The notes: generated from the letters alone by a model not told the origin. Counted from the stretch's first letter, positions 1 through 12,010 are shown. The stretch: DNA of 64,000 nt from an uncultured Nitrospiraceae bacterium (GCA_963811165.1 CAWEQH010000008.1:512001-576000); one strand, 5' to 3'. Numbers and translations: made by a program.

Positions 1-981
1 GATAGTTGTGGTCCGGTCCATGACGACCGAAAGCCTGACAGCGCCGGGGATAGACGCCTCCAACTGAGGGAGCATTGCCCTGATACGGTCTACAGTATCT
101 ATAATATTTGCGCCGGGCTGCCTGAAGATAATCACAGGCACGGCCGGCTTGCCGTTTACGAATCCCGCATTGCGGATGTCCTCCACCGAGTCCTGCACGT
201 CGGCAACGTCCGAAAGCCTGACTGCCGCGCCTGATCGGTAGGTGACAATGAGAGGCTTGTATTCTTCGGCTTTATATAGCTGATCGTTAGTCTTGATCTC
301 CCAGGTCCTGTTCCCGTTTGCCAGTTGCCCCTTGGGTCGGTTCGCATTGGTGCTGTTTAGCGCGGTCCTCACGTCATCGAGGCCGATACCGTACTTGTTC
401 AGCGCAGTGGGGTTCAGCTCCACGCGAACTGCGGGCAGCGAGCCGCCGCCGACTATCACCTGGCCGACGCCTTCAACCTGTGAAAGCTTCTGCTGCAAAA
501 TAGTTGAAGCAGCGTCATACATCCGCTCTCTGCTCACCGTATCGGAGGTGAGGGCCACAATGAGGACCGGCGCATCGGCAGGATTGACTTTTCTGTAGGT
601 CGGATTGCTCGGAAGCGCAGCCGGCAGGTAACTTCGCGCTGCATTGATTGCTGCCTGGACATCGCGGGCAGCGCCATCGATATTGCGGCTGAGATCGAAC
701 TGCAGGGTGACGGAAGTTGCTCCAAGAGTGCTGTTTGACGTCATCTCGGTCACGCCTGCGATATGGGCAAACTGGCGTTCAAGCGGAGCTGCAACGGATG
801 TTGCCATGGTCTCGGGACTGGCTCCCGGCAGCGCCGCCTGCACAGAAATGGTCGGAAAGTCGACCTGGGGCAAAGGAGCAACCGGCAGCAAACGGACGGA
901 AACGATTCCCGCAAGGACCAATCCTACCGTCAGGAGTGTTGTGGCAACAGGTCTTTTGATGAAGGGCGCCGAGATATTCAT
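1..981 (-). CDS. mdtC: RND efflux permease MdtC-like, 5' part only (runs off left edge)
   Basis: Manual translation from ATG at 981: [17 protein letters not shown]...LPQVDFPTI...APLERQF; paralogous to MdtB N-terminus; start overlaps mdtB stop (TGATG). Confidence 0.85.
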   Translation of the reverse strand, partial: MNISAPFIKRPVATTLLTVGLVLAGIVSVRLLPVAPLPQVDFPTISVQAALPGASPETMATSVAAPLERQFAHIAGVTEMTSNSTLGATSVTLQFDLSRNIDGAARDVQAAINAARSYLPAALPSNPTYRKVNPADAPVLIVALTSDTVSRERMYDAASTILQQKLSQVEGVGQVIVGGGSLPAVRVELNPTALNKYGIGLDDVRTALNSTNANRPKGQLANGNRTWEIKTNDQLYKAEEYKPLIVTYRSGAAVRLSDVADVQDSVEDIRNAGFVNGKPAVPVIIFRQPGANIIDTVDRIRAMLPQLEASIPGAVRLSVVMDRTTTI

Positions 982-3900
982 CAACTCCTCCTCGGTCCTC
1001 CCTTATCAGGGGGAAGATTGGCTCCTCCCCTGAAAGGGAGGCTCGGAGGGATTTCGTCGCGCTTCCCAATCCTCTGTGCCAGGCGGTCGAACCAAAGGTA
1101 AATAACGGGGGTTGTATAGAGTGTAAGTATCTGGCTGAAGATCAACCCGCCGATGATGGAGATACCCAGCGGCCTGCGCAACTCCGAACCCATCCCCGTA
1201 CCCAGGGCCAGTGGAAGCGCCGCCAGCAGGGCAGACATCGTGGTCATAATGATCGGCCGGAACCTCAACAGACACGCCTGATAGATTGCATCAACCGGGC
1301 TTTTCCCTTCCCTGCGTTCTGCATCGAGGGCAAAGTCGACCATCATAATCCCGTTTTTCTTCACAATGCCTATCAGCAAAATGATGCCGATCAACGCAAT
1401 AACGCTGAATTCCGTGCGGCAGATCAGCAGCGCCAGAAGCGCGCCAACCCCGGCCGACGGCAACGTCGAAAGTATTGTAATAGGATGGATGTAACTTTCA
1501 TACAGCACCCCCAGCACAATGTAGACAGTAATCAGCGCAGCCAGGATCAGAAAAGATTCGTTGGCCAGCGAGGATTGAAACGCCTGGGCCGTGCCCTGAA
1601 AACTGCTGCGGATGCTTGCGGGCAGTCCCATCTTCTCCGTGGCGGAATCGATCTCCTTTATCGCCTTGCCGAGCGACTCCCCGGGAGCCAGATTGAACGA
1701 TATTGTCGTTGCCGGGAACTGCCCCTGATGGCTTATGACAAGCGGTCCGGTAGACTCTTCCGTACTTGTGATAGCGCCCAGCGGTACCTGTCCTCCGCCT
1801 GAGTTGCGGATATAGATGTCTTTCAGCTTGCCGGGGTTTTGCATGAATTCAGGCTTTACCTCCAAGATGACACGGTACTGGTTCAACTGCGTAAACATGG
1901 TAGAAACCTGTCGCTGCCCGAAGGCGTCGTAAAGGGTGTCATCGATGAGCTGCGGGGTGATCCCTAAGCGTGAGGACGTGGTCCGGTCTATGTTCAGTGA
2001 AGCACGCAGGCCCTGGTCCTGTTGGTCGCTGCTCACATCGCGAAGCTCCGGGAGTCCGGCCAGCGCATCGACGACCCTGGGGGTCCAGCTATTGAGTTCG
2101 TCCAAGTCGGGGTCTTCGAGGCTATACTGGTACTGTGTCTTGCTCACCCTGCTTTCAACGGTAAGGTCCTGCACCGGCTGCATGTAAAGCCTGATCCCTC
2201 TGAGTTTCGCAAGTTCCGGCTGCATCCTGCGTATAATATCGCTGGCGCTCATTTTTCGTTCTTCCATCGGCTTGAGGTTGATGAGCACGCGTCCGGTGTT
2301 GAGGGTCGTATTCGTCCCGTCCACTCCGATAAACATGGAGAGACTCTTGACCGCCGGGTCCTTAAGTATTACTCTGCTTAGGGCCTGCTGCTGCTCCGCC
2401 ATTGCGGTAAACGAGGTCCATTGGGGGGCCTCGGAAATCCCCAGGATAAAACCCGTGTCCTGAACGGGGAAAAAACCTTTCGGTATCACTATGTAGAGAA
2501 ACACGGTAAGGACCAGAGTCCCCACAGCCACAAAAAGCGTAGCGGTCTGATGCCGAAGCACCCATTTCAGCGACTTCCCATACGACTCGATGGCCTTGTC
2601 AAACAGCCGCTGAGATACCAGGAAAAGCTTTTTTTGCTGGTCTTCAGGCTTATGTTTCAGCAGTCTTGCGCACATCATCGGCGTAAGAGTAAGCGAGACT
2701 ACCGCTGAAATCACAATCGTGACTCCGAGCGTGATTGCAAATTCCCGGAACAACCGTCCCACGACATCGCCCATAAAGAGAAGCGGAATAAGCACCGCTA
2801 CAAGCGAGACCGTCAGGGACATGATGGTAAAGGCTATCTGTTTTGAACCTTTTAGCGCTGCCTCAAGAGGCGTTTCTCCCTGCTCGATGTACCGGGCGAT
2901 ATTTTCGATCATGACAATCGCGTCATCGACCACAAATCCGGTCGCGATCGTCAGCGCCATCAGCGAGAGGTTATTGAGGCTGAACCCCGCAAGATACATT
3001 ATTCCAAAGGTGCCCACAAGGGACAAAGGGACCGCAACGCTGGGAATGGATGTTGCCGCCAGTGTCCTGAGAAACAAAAAGATCACCATCACGACCAGCG
3101 CCACTGCCAGCATAAGCTCAAACTGAACATCTTTGACTGAAGTCCGGATGGTTGTTGTCCGGTCATTTAAAATGGAGACTTTAACGGTAGAAGGCAGCGA
3201 ACCCTGAAGTTGAGGCAGCAGTTTCTTAATACGGTCTACGACTTCTATGACATTGGTGCCGGGCTGCCGCTGTATGTTTACTATGACCGCAGGGGTATCG
3301 TTCATCCATGCCGCCAGTTTCACATTTTCCGCATCGTCAATGACGGTGGCCACATCGGAGAGCAATACCGGCGCGTTATTACGATAGGCAACGACCAAAG
3401 GCCTGTATTCCTTGCTCGAAAGAAGCTGATCGTTCGCGCCTATGATGGAAGACTGCCGGGGACCGTCGAAGCCGCCCTTGGCCTGATTGACGTTTGCGGC
3501 TGAAAGGGCTGTGCGCATGTCTTCGAGTGTAAGGCCATAGGCCGCCAGAACAGTCGGGTTTGCCTGTACTCTGACCGCAGGCCTTTGCCCGCCGCTGATA
3601 CTGACCAGCCCGACTCCTGAAAGCTGGGATATCTTCTGCGCAAGCCTTGTGTCGGCGAGGTCCTCTATTTGGGGCAACGGCAAGGTGTCTGAAGTCAATG
3701 CCAGGGTCAGAATCGGTGCATCCGCGGGGTTCACCTTGCTATAGACGGGAGGATTCGGAAGGTCCCTGGGAAGAAATGTGGTTGCGGCATTGATGGCTGC
3801 CTGCACTTCCTGTTCTGCAACATCGAGGCTCAGGTCGAGACTGAATTGCAGAGTGACCACCGAACTTCCGCCGGAGCTTGTGGATGTCATCTGTCTTAAT

Positions 3901-4127
3901 CCGGGCATCTGCCCGAACTGGCGCTCCAGAGGGGCAGTGATTGATGAGGCGGCGACGTCCGGACTTGCGCCCGGATAAAAAGTCACGACCTGGATCGTAG
4001 GGTAATCCACCTGCGGTAAGGCAGAGACAGGCAACAGTTTGTATGCCACGGCGCCGGCAAGCAAAATGGCCACCATCAAAAGCGTGGTTGCCACCGGTCG
4101 CAATATGAAAATACGAGAAGGATTCAT
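981..4127 (-). CDS. mdtB: RND efflux permease MdtB/MuxB
   Basis: 1048 aa; [50 protein letters not shown] motifs. Confidence 0.92.
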   Translation of the reverse strand: MNPSRIFILRPVATTLLMVAILLAGAVAYKLLPVSALPQVDYPTIQVVTFYPGASPDVAASSITAPLERQFGQMPGLRQMTSTSSGGSSVVTLQFSLDLSLDVAEQEVQAAINAATTFLPRDLPNPPVYSKVNPADAPILTLALTSDTLPLPQIEDLADTRLAQKISQLSGVGLVSISGGQRPAVRVQANPTVLAAYGLTLEDMRTALSAANVNQAKGGFDGPRQSSIIGANDQLLSSKEYRPLVVAYRNNAPVLLSDVATVIDDAENVKLAAWMNDTPAVIVNIQRQPGTNVIEVVDRIKKLLPQLQGSLPSTVKVSILNDRTTTIRTSVKDVQFELMLAVALVVMVIFLFLRTLAATSIPSVAVPLSLVGTFGIMYLAGFSLNNLSLMALTIATGFVVDDAIVMIENIARYIEQGETPLEAALKGSKQIAFTIMSLTVSLVAVLIPLLFMGDVVGRLFREFAITLGVTIVISAVVSLTLTPMMCARLLKHKPEDQQKKLFLVSQRLFDKAIESYGKSLKWVLRHQTATLFVAVGTLVLTVFLYIVIPKGFFPVQDTGFILGISEAPQWTSFTAMAEQQQALSRVILKDPAVKSLSMFIGVDGTNTTLNTGRVLINLKPMEERKMSASDIIRRMQPELAKLRGIRLYMQPVQDLTVESRVSKTQYQYSLEDPDLDELNSWTPRVVDALAGLPELRDVSSDQQDQGLRASLNIDRTTSSRLGITPQLIDDTLYDAFGQRQVSTMFTQLNQYRVILEVKPEFMQNPGKLKDIYIRNSGGGQVPLGAITSTEESTGPLVISHQGQFPATTISFNLAPGESLGKAIKEIDSATEKMGLPASIRSSFQGTAQAFQSSLANESFLILAALITVYIVLGVLYESYIHPITILSTLPSAGVGALLALLICRTEFSVIALIGIILLIGIVKKNGIMMVDFALDAERREGKSPVDAIYQACLLRFRPIIMTTMSALLAALPLALGTGMGSELRRPLGISIIGGLIFSQILTLYTTPVIYLWFDRLAQRIGKRDEIPPSLPFRGGANLPPDKGGPRRS
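997..1054. repeat. Short palindromic CCCCTT-N-AAGGGG type element inside mdtB 3' end
   Basis: cctcccttatcagggggaag...tcctcccctgaaagggaggc aligns by eye with 59819-59879. Confidence 0.65.
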
Positions 4128-4141
4128 CTTCCTGTGTTCAA

Positions 4142-5353
4142 CTACTTGGCCTTGCGGGGTTTGTTTTCCGGCTGACCCTGAATTTCGACCTTGCTTCCCT
4201 CCCGCAGTCTGTCTGCGCCTTCCACAACTACCGACTCCCCGGGCGCCAACCCCTCTACGGTGATATCGTCTCCCTCAGAGGGACCCGGACTGACCGGACG
4301 CACCTCCGCGGTCTTGTCGGCCTTCACTACATATACGAACGCCCCCTTTGGGCTTCGCTGTATCGCGGCCTGCGGCACAATAGTGGTTCCATGTTTTGTG
4401 TCCAAAAGAAGCTGGGCGTTTACGAATTGATTAGGGAAAAGTTCATTTTCCTTATTTGGAAACATTGCCCTGAGACGGACGGTGCCGGTTGCAGGATCGA
4501 TCTGGTTGTCGACGGTTGCGAGATATCCCGTGGCCAGTTTCTGCTTTTGCTCCCGGTCATAAGCCTCGACCGGGGGTTGCTTACCCGATTTGAGTTTGGC
4601 GAGCACCTTCGGGAGACTGTCCTCCGGAATAGAAAAAATAACGGTTATGGGCTGAAGCTGTGTGATCACGATGAGCCCGTTTGGATCGCTTGTGTGGACG
4701 ATATTGCCGGGGTCCACAAGGCGTAGCCCCACTCGCCCGCTAAGCGGCGCAGTGATACGGCAGTAGACGAGCTGCAGTCTTGCATTATCGATCTGCCCTT
4801 GGTCCACTTTGATAGCTCCTTCATACTGACGCACCAGAGCCTCCTGCGTATCCAACTGCTGCTTCGGGATAGAATCCTGCTCAGACAATACCTGATAGCG
4901 TTTCAGATCGAGCACCGCGTTTTTCAGGAGTGCCTGGTCGCGGGCCATCTGTCCCTCAGCCTGTGTTAACTGCACTTCGAAAGGGCGTGGATCGATTTCT
5001 GCCAGCAGATCCCCGCTATGAACAATCTGCCCTTCCCGGAAAAGGACCTTCATCAGTTGCCCGTCAACGCGGCTTTTTACGGTGACGGCATTGAGCGGGG
5101 TTACCGAGCCGAGTCCGTTGAGGAATATCCTGATGTCGCCCTTTCTCGCTGCCGCCGTCACAACGGGGACGTTGCGAACGTTTGGTCCTTTCTTGGCTGA
5201 ACGGTCCTGCGCATTAGTGAAGTAAAAGTATATGCCTGCCACAAGGACGAATACCGCAAGCAGCCAGATCCCCCAGCGTTTGCGTGTCCGGGAGGAGAGG
5301 GGCTGTCGGGGCGTGTCGTTAGTCTTTTTGTCACTTGAGAATGTCATAGTCAT
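4142..5353 (-). CDS. mdtA: RND membrane fusion protein MdtA/MuxA
   Basis: N-terminal [39 protein letters not shown] motifs; upstream of mdtB. Confidence 0.9.
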   Translation of the reverse strand: MTMTFSSDKKTNDTPRQPLSSRTRKRWGIWLLAVFVLVAGIYFYFTNAQDRSAKKGPNVRNVPVVTAAARKGDIRIFLNGLGSVTPLNAVTVKSRVDGQLMKVLFREGQIVHSGDLLAEIDPRPFEVQLTQAEGQMARDQALLKNAVLDLKRYQVLSEQDSIPKQQLDTQEALVRQYEGAIKVDQGQIDNARLQLVYCRITAPLSGRVGLRLVDPGNIVHTSDPNGLIVITQLQPITVIFSIPEDSLPKVLAKLKSGKQPPVEAYDREQKQKLATGYLATVDNQIDPATGTVRLRAMFPNKENELFPNQFVNAQLLLDTKHGTTIVPQAAIQRSPKGAFVYVVKADKTAEVRPVSPGPSEGDDITVEGLAPGESVVVEGADRLREGSKVEIQGQPENKPRKAK

Positions 5354-5637
5354 AGCCTCGCTTGGACCGGGATTGGCAATCTGATATGTTTATAACGCAT
5401 TTTTATTTATTTTTCAATTAATTATTGGAATGCGTGCGCATAAAAGGCTTTTACCGGGCTATCCGCTGAGGTGCCCTCTCCTTATGCCGTCCGGACGATC
5501 TTCCCAACTTAAAGAGAGACGATGATGACGGGCAGAAGGTTACAACGAGTAGAACAAAAAATCATTGAGCGGCCCCGGCGATTCTCTCCTCACTAACGGG
5601 GTGAATTCAAATAACGCTCCTATGTTAAAATGACGGT

Positions 5638-5979
5638 ATGCCGGAAGATAACTCCGAATTGGTCTATTCGACTGAAAGGGCGGTCCCGAGGAAGGAAAAG
5701 CCTGCTGATCGCAATTTTGCGCAAGCCGCCGGTCCCGCAAAATCCAGAACGATCGTGCGCTTAGACAGAAAGGGCAGGGGCGGCAAATCGGTCACCATAA
5801 TAGAGGGTCTTCTGATGTCGGGTAAAGAAAGCGAAAAACTCCTAAAACAATTAAAGTCAAAACTAGGTACCGGCGGGACCGTTAAGAACGGCTCGATCGA
5901 AATCCAGGGAGACCATTGCGATACCGTCATGGCCGAGTTAACCAAGATGGGCTGCAAGCCGAAGCGTTCGGGCAGATAA
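5638..5979 (+). CDS. yciH: SUI1/YciH family translation factor
   Basis: LVYST, RKGRGGKSVTIIEGL, LGTGGTVKNGSIEIQGDH motifs. Confidence 0.9.
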   Translation: MPEDNSELVYSTERAVPRKEKPADRNFAQAAGPAKSRTIVRLDRKGRGGKSVTIIEGLLMSGKESEKLLKQLKSKLGTGGTVKNGSIEIQGDHCDTVMAELTKMGCKPKRSGR

Positions 5980-6032
5980 AAAATAAATAAATCTGCCGGG
6001 CAGAATGTGTTTCTCTGCCGTTTACATAAAGA

Positions 6033-8957
6033 TTAGGGGGAAGTATTTGACGTTTTGTCCAGTTCGGTCCGGACGGCAACTCCTATTTTTTCCATGGTGT
6101 AGGGCTTCTGGATATAGACGCCGGCGCCTAGCCTTTGCAGCTCTTTCACCCGGTCGGACTCTGAATATCCACTGGCAATGATCGTCTTCTGGCCGGGGTA
6201 GAGGGAGACGATAGCCTGATAGGTATCGAGACCGTCCATACCGTTTGGCATGATCATATCGAGCACAACCAGATCGACGGGATTGTCTCGGATGAGTGCC
6301 AGGGCTGCCTCCCCGCTTGTGGCCGAGAATACCGTGTACCCCAGTTTGCTGAGCATGTTGACCGCAATTTCCCGCTGCTCCTGGATATCGTCAACCACCA
6401 GGATCTTTTCGTTGCCAAGATAGTCTTGCAGGACAATTCTGCGATCTTTCTCCGCAATGGCCTCACGGGTGGCCGGCAGATAGATATCTATCCTTGTCCC
6501 CTCGCCTTCCGTGCTTTGCAGATCGATATAACCGCCCTGATCCTTGACCGTGGCCCAGATAACCGTCATTCCCAGCCCTGAACCGCTGCCTCCCATCTTC
6601 TTCTTCGTGTAAAACGGTTCGAATATCCGTTGAAGATCTTCCGCTGAGATACCAATGCCGTTGTCTTCCACTCTCAAGCAGACATACTCACCTTCGGGGA
6701 TCTCCTCGTAAGCCAGTCTGGATGTGTCCAGATAGCTGTTGGCACTGGAGATGACAACGCGTCCACCAGCCGGCAAGGCCTCGACAGCGTTGGTGACGAG
6801 ATTCATCAGTCCCTTGGACAAATGAAGAGGGGACCCTTTCACATTCAGGAGATCCGGACTAAGGAGGGAACCAAATTCTATCTGCGGGTGCTTCTCCTTC
6901 AGCCCGGCGAACTCCGGCGATTCCAGATACTCCTGGATAATCCGGTTGGGGCAGAAGATCTCCCGGTTGGCCACACCTCTTCTGGCAAGGGTCAACATGT
7001 CCTGAACAATGGCGGCCGCTCGCTGGCCAGATTGTTTGATAGCCTCTATTTGTGTTCTCAAGGGGCTGTCTTCAGGGATCTCCAGTAAAAGAAGATCCGG
7101 GTAACCGACCAGACCGCTGAGGATATTGTTCAAATCATGGGCGACTCCAGCGGCAAGGCTACCCACCGCTTCCATCTTCTGTGCCTGCAGAAGTCGCTCT
7201 TCCAGTTTCTTCTGTTCCGTAATATCCCTGATGATTCCCTGGGTGCCGATAAAGGTCTTGCGGGAAGGATCATGCTGGTAAAGCCCCTGGGCGGAAACGC
7301 TGAAATAACGTTGTTCCTCGGCCGATCCTATGGATTGTTCCTTGTTCAAAAGCAGGCGAAGTTGGAGATCATGGGTCGCCCTTCCTCCGGTACGCCGTTC
7401 ATTGACTCTGTGGGTTGCCTTCTGCCGGTCTTCAGGGAGGACAAGGTCAAAAATCGGCCGCCCAAGCAGTTCATCTGCATCGCGTTTGTATTGAGTGATT
7501 GCCGGGCTGACAAAAGAGACATTGCCGGATGGATCGAGGCGGAAGATAATGTCCGGGATCGACTGGATGATTGAATTCAGTTCGGTTTCGCTGCGTTTTA
7601 AGAGCATCAGGGCATTACCGGCTGTCTTTTCAGCGTGACTCTGGCCCTCTCTTGTCTTGACTATGGTCAACACCGCGTATGTTACGAAAATGATCAGGGT
7701 GGGCAGGAGCGGCGACAGAATATAACCGGTAGCTTGAAAGATCATCCTTGCTATCAGCCAAAGCGAGACGATGGCTGTTCCACCGGCTATGGCGCTTGAG
7801 ATCACCCCGGTTCTGGTGATCAGAAGACTGAAAAGCAAGGCCAGCAGCAGAGAAAAGCCCACTTCCCAGAAGAGGGACCTCTGATCGCGCTGCCAAAATT
7901 TTCCAGTCAGAAGGGCCTCCAGCATGCGGGCATGAATGCCGACGTGTGAAAAAACAGGGTTGCCAGGTGTCTGATAGGTTTGGTCCAAACCTGATGCCGA
8001 CGAGCCGACCAGGACGATTTTACCAGCAATGGCAAGTTTGGGAACCTGACCCTCAAGAATATCTGCTGCGGAAAACCGCGGGATTTGCCCGGTGCTTGCC
8101 CTGAAATCTATGAGGACGTTTCCCCGACGGTCGATGGGAATGCTTCTGTCGCCGACCAGAACAACCCTGGAACCGGTCCCGGTTGTTTGCAGTTGAATGG
8201 CGGAGGTTGCCTTGAACCGCATAAAGGCGGCAAGGGACAGTGAGGGGAACAACTCACCCTTATATCTGATAAGGAGAGGTAAGCGCCGCAAGACCCCATC
8301 CCGGTCGGGGGCTGCATTTAAAAAACCACTGAAGGAAACGGCCTTGGCAAAAGGTTCGAGATTACTGACAACGTCTGAGGCTTCAAAAAACTCTCCAGCT
8401 GCTGGTAACCCTTTTTGCTGCACCAGGACGACTTTTACCGGGTGCAGTTGGCTGTCCCGCTTTTCTTCGCCACTCTTTTTGAAAAGGAACTCGTATCCGA
8501 GGACGAAAGGGCCTTGGGTCAGTGTCTTTGCCAGATAGTCGTCATAATCCTTGTAGTGGGCAGGCAGCTTGTTTATTTCACCCTTGTACCCCAGGTAACG
8601 CTCTGACTCCTCCTGCAATTTCATCGGTGAGGTTCGGTCAGGCTCGGCAAGAATCATGTCAAGGGCAATGCTTCTGGCTCCCAGTTCACTGACCTTTTGC
8701 AGAAGATGAGCGAAACGATAGCGCGGCCATGGCCATTGCCCGAATCTGGCAAGGCTCTTATCATCCAGGTCAATGATGATAACAGTCCCGGAGGGCGGCC
8801 TTTGGCCTGAGCCTTGAGTGATAAGATCGGTTACCCGGTTATTCAGCGAGGTGAACGAGGGGACGACTAGAAAGAGTGCAGCCAACAAAAAACTGATGAG
8901 CAAACCTGTTGCAACGATTTTCGGGGCAGTCCTGTTTATGATATTCCGTGTCGGCAT
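6033..8957 (-). CDS. CHASE2-PAS hybrid sensor histidine kinase with receiver domain
   Basis: CHASE2 motifs (FGQWPWPR, DGVLRRLPL), 3 TM, PAS, H-box VAHDLNNIL, HATPase FEPFYTKK/GSGLG, REC LVVLDMIMP. Confidence 0.9.
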   Translation of the reverse strand: MPTRNIINRTAPKIVATGLLISFLLAALFLVVPSFTSLNNRVTDLITQGSGQRPPSGTVIIIDLDDKSLARFGQWPWPRYRFAHLLQKVSELGARSIALDMILAEPDRTSPMKLQEESERYLGYKGEINKLPAHYKDYDDYLAKTLTQGPFVLGYEFLFKKSGEEKRDSQLHPVKVVLVQQKGLPAAGEFFEASDVVSNLEPFAKAVSFSGFLNAAPDRDGVLRRLPLLIRYKGELFPSLSLAAFMRFKATSAIQLQTTGTGSRVVLVGDRSIPIDRRGNVLIDFRASTGQIPRFSAADILEGQVPKLAIAGKIVLVGSSASGLDQTYQTPGNPVFSHVGIHARMLEALLTGKFWQRDQRSLFWEVGFSLLLALLFSLLITRTGVISSAIAGGTAIVSLWLIARMIFQATGYILSPLLPTLIIFVTYAVLTIVKTREGQSHAEKTAGNALMLLKRSETELNSIIQSIPDIIFRLDPSGNVSFVSPAITQYKRDADELLGRPIFDLVLPEDRQKATHRVNERRTGGRATHDLQLRLLLNKEQSIGSAEEQRYFSVSAQGLYQHDPSRKTFIGTQGIIRDITEQKKLEERLLQAQKMEAVGSLAAGVAHDLNNILSGLVGYPDLLLLEIPEDSPLRTQIEAIKQSGQRAAAIVQDMLTLARRGVANREIFCPNRIIQEYLESPEFAGLKEKHPQIEFGSLLSPDLLNVKGSPLHLSKGLMNLVTNAVEALPAGGRVVISSANSYLDTSRLAYEEIPEGEYVCLRVEDNGIGISAEDLQRIFEPFYTKKKMGGSGSGLGMTVIWATVKDQGGYIDLQSTEGEGTRIDIYLPATREAIAEKDRRIVLQDYLGNEKILVVDDIQEQREIAVNMLSKLGYTVFSATSGEAALALIRDNPVDLVVLDMIMPNGMDGLDTYQAIVSLYPGQKTIIASGYSESDRVKELQRLGAGVYIQKPYTMEKIGVAVRTELDKTSNTSP

Positions 8958-8980
8958 GGATGGAATTTCGGAGGAAATGC

Positions 8981-9598
8981 CTACCTGATAATGACCTCGA
9001 CCCGGCGGTTTCTTGGTTCGCTGACATTATCTCCAGTTGGAATGAGCGGATTTCTTTTTCCATGAGAGGAGATCCTGATGTGCCCCTGCTCCACCCCATG
9101 GGCGACAAGATAGGCGGCAACCGCCTCTGCCCGTTCCTGGGAGAGTTTGTAGTTGTGTTCATCGCTGCCGGTGGTGTCGGTGTGGCCGATAACACTAATA
9201 TCAACAGAGTTCCGTTCTTCAATGGTTTTGAAAATGGCGGGCATGCTTTCGAGGGACTCCGGTCGTAATTCCTTGGAATCGCTGATGAAATAAAGGATGA
9301 AATGCACTGGTGGTTTCGGCTGAGCCGCAAGCGCCCGGGAAAAAACTGCGTCAATCTCCTCTTTTGTCATAGGTTCCGGCGCCTTGGGCGCCGACTGCCG
9401 TCCGGAGATGGTTGTGGCCTGATTGGCGGTGTTAATGTCAACAGTACCGGCGTCATTTGAGACGATTACCGCACCTGTTTTGCCATCGAGGTCGGGCACC
9501 AGGACAACCATGGTCCTGCTGCAACCGGAGATCAGTATCATTGCCAACAGGAGGAAAAGAAACTCGACGGAGTAAGCAAAAGAGGAGCAGCGACCCAT
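8981..9598 (-). CDS. OmpA-family peptidoglycan-binding lipoprotein
   Basis: Lipobox ISGC; VIGHTD...NYKLSQERAEAV...NRRVEVII. Confidence 0.88.
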   Translation of the reverse strand: MGRCSSFAYSVEFLFLLLAMILISGCSRTMVVLVPDLDGKTGAVIVSNDAGTVDINTANQATTISGRQSAPKAPEPMTKEEIDAVFSRALAAQPKPPVHFILYFISDSKELRPESLESMPAIFKTIEERNSVDISVIGHTDTTGSDEHNYKLSQERAEAVAAYLVAHGVEQGHIRISSHGKRNPLIPTGDNVSEPRNRRVEVIIR

Positions 9599-9603
9599 AG
9601 CAC

Positions 9604-10056
9604 CTAGTTCCCCTCAACCTTAACCAGGACATGGGTGCCCCGAATTCCGATCGTGGCGTCCGGGGTTTCCAGACGAACAGCACCTGGGACTAACTTGGAA
9701 ATCTGCCCTGAAAGATAGGAAAAAGTTCCCTGAAGCATTCTGACCACAAAGGATAATTTTTTCTCGGAGGGATTGAAAAGAAAATCTTCGACCACAAATT
9801 CACTGTTTGGCCCCATCGAGACAAGCGTATCATCATCAAAGATCAGGCCAATGCTGCCGCTTGGTCCGGTTTTGACCACATCGCCATTCATGATCTTCAT
9901 ATTGGTCTTAGCTGCTATCGACGTTTTGTTGCGAAGGATATGTGCATCCATTGAGACCGAGCGGACGATGCCGACTGAGGCCGGTGCAGCTTGGGAGCCT
10001 AATGTGCTCCCAAGCATGATGAAAAAGAAAAAGAAGATGGAGGTGATTTTTTTCAT
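9604..10056 (-). CDS. Secreted FecR-domain protein
   Basis: Signal peptide; GDVVKTG, DDTLVSMGPNS, LETPDATIGIRGT. Confidence 0.85.
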   Translation of the reverse strand: MKKITSIFFFFFIMLGSTLGSQAAPASVGIVRSVSMDAHILRNKTSIAAKTNMKIMNGDVVKTGPSGSIGLIFDDDTLVSMGPNSEFVVEDFLFNPSEKKLSFVVRMLQGTFSYLSGQISKLVPGAVRLETPDATIGIRGTHVLVKVEGN

Positions 10057-10278
10057 GCGGTCCTCCTCGTTGCCGGCAGAATTGCGACAGCCCTTATGGG
10101 TACTGGTACAACCAGAACTTTCCGAGAAAAGGCTTCGCGCGGTGATGCATAATAATAATCCTGCAAAGCAGCATATCTGGTAATCATAGTATCAGTTAAA
10201 AAGTATCTCGGGGCCGGGACAAAGTCAAGAGAGAAACTTTTTGCGGTGTACTGTGGAAAAGTCCGTTTCGGTTCCCGA

Positions 10279-11013
10279 TTACCGTGTATTGATCTTGTGT
10301 GCCAGGCAGCCGGCGCCGAAGCCGTTGTCGATGTTCATGACCGCTATGCCCGGGACGCAGGAGTTGAGCATCGCAAAAAGGGCGGTAAGACCCCCGAGGC
10401 TTGTGCCGTATCCGGTAGAGGTGGGGACCGAGATGATCGGCTTGTCCGTCATACCTCCGACCACGGAGGGAAGCGCGCCCTCCATGCCGGCAACGACGAC
10501 GATCACTCGCGCCTTGCGCATGAAACCGGAGGTGTCGAGCAGTCTATGAAGCCCCGCGACGCCGACATCATATACCGTGCTCACCTTGCTGCCCAGGAAT
10601 GACGCGGTAACCGCCGCCTCTTCGGCAACGGGCATGTCGGACGTACCGGCCGTCAGCACCAACACATTTCCGCTCTTTTTCTTCGTCTCTCCAACAGCGA
10701 TCACTCCCGATGCCTTATGAAAGACCGCGCCCTTTATTCCGAGGGCGTCAAATATCTCTTTCGTGCCCTTCGTGACCAGGAAACTGCCGCTTCTTTTATA
10801 CATCGCAGAGGAGATGGCCACGACCTGTTCGGTGGTCTTTCCCGAGGCATACACGACCTCGGGGATTCCCTGCCTGATATGTCTGTGGTGGTCGACCTTC
10901 GCAAACTTCATGTCCTCATAGGGCAGGTGTCGTAACCTGCCGAGCGCATCTTCTATGGATACGGTCCCTTTTTTTACGGAATCCAGAAGCAGCTTGATCT
11001 TGCCCTTGTCCAT
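10279..11013 (-). CDS. larB: Nickel pincer cofactor biosynthesis protein LarB (AIR carboxylase-like)
   Basis: AKVDHHR..RQGIPEVVY, TAGTSDMPVAEEA, VAGMEGALPSVV, NIDNGFGA. Confidence 0.9.
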   Translation of the reverse strand: MDKGKIKLLLDSVKKGTVSIEDALGRLRHLPYEDMKFAKVDHHRHIRQGIPEVVYASGKTTEQVVAISSAMYKRSGSFLVTKGTKEIFDALGIKGAVFHKASGVIAVGETKKKSGNVLVLTAGTSDMPVAEEAAVTASFLGSKVSTVYDVGVAGLHRLLDTSGFMRKARVIVVVAGMEGALPSVVGGMTDKPIISVPTSTGYGTSLGGLTALFAMLNSCVPGIAVMNIDNGFGAGCLAHKINTR

Positions 11014-11020
11014 AGGCGGG

Positions 11021-12010
11021 TTAAAATTCGGAGCGCAGGGCCCGGTTCATAAGTACATTCACCGCCTCAGCAGGGTTTTTGTCTTTATAGATGACTTTAT
11101 ACACCTGTTCCACAATCGGCATCTCGACGCCGAACTTTTGTGAAAGCTCGAAGGCCGATAGCGCGGTCGCGACCCCTTCGGCTACACTCTTTGTCGATGA
11201 GAGGATGTCGGACAATTTCATCCCCTGCCCTAATTTGATACCGACCGAATAATTCCTCGAAAGTGCTCCCGTACAGGTAAGCACAAGGTCCCCCATGCCG
11301 CTTAGACCGGAAAAGGTCCTCTTGTCCGCTCCCATGTTCTCCCCCAGTCTCGTCATCTCGGCGATGCCCCTCGTGATGAGTGCGGCCCTCGCATTATGGC
11401 CGAGGCCGAGACCGTCTGAGATCCCGGATGCGATGGCGATCACATTCTTTAGCGCGCCGCCCAGTTCCACCCCTAAGATATCGGAGTGCGTATAGACCCT
11501 GAAATAACCGGTATTAAATATCTCTTGAAGGAGAAGACCGGAATCGGGATTGTTCGTCGCCAGCGTGACCGCGGTAGGCAGCTTGTTGATCACCTCTTTT
11601 GCGAAGCTCGGTCCTGACAGCACCGCACTTTGGTTGCCGGATATTTCATTTAAGACAGAAGATACGGTGAGGAGCGTCCCGTGTTCGATCCCTTTCGATG
11701 CGCTGACCACGACCGCGTTTTCATGAATGTATTTCACCGCTTCCTTAAAGACCGAACGGGTAAACTGAGTAGGCACGACGTTGAGGATATACCGGGCCTT
11801 TTTCACGGCGTCTTCCAGATCGTTTGTCGCATGTAATCCCCGCGGCAGGGTCACGTCCGGCAGATACGTCCCGTTTGTGAGACGGTCATTTATCTCATCG
11901 GCAATCTCTTTTTCGAAGGCCCAGAGGGAAACATCGTACCCCTTCTCGGCAAGAAGACTGGCCAGCGTGGTTCCCCAGCTCCCGGCCCCCATGACAGCGA
12001 TATAGCTCAT
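11021..12010 (-). CDS. gpsA: NAD(P)H-dependent glycerol-3-phosphate dehydrogenase
   Basis: GAGSWGT, SGPSFAKEV, GGALKNVIAIA, GDLVLTC..SRN. Confidence 0.95.
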   Translation of the reverse strand: MSYIAVMGAGSWGTTLASLLAEKGYDVSLWAFEKEIADEINDRLTNGTYLPDVTLPRGLHATNDLEDAVKKARYILNVVPTQFTRSVFKEAVKYIHENAVVVSASKGIEHGTLLTVSSVLNEISGNQSAVLSGPSFAKEVINKLPTAVTLATNNPDSGLLLQEIFNTGYFRVYTHSDILGVELGGALKNVIAIASGISDGLGLGHNARAALITRGIAEMTRLGENMGADKRTFSGLSGMGDLVLTCTGALSRNYSVGIKLGQGMKLSDILSSTKSVAEGVATALSAFELSQKFGVEMPIVEQVYKVIYKDKNPAEAVNVLMNRALRSEF

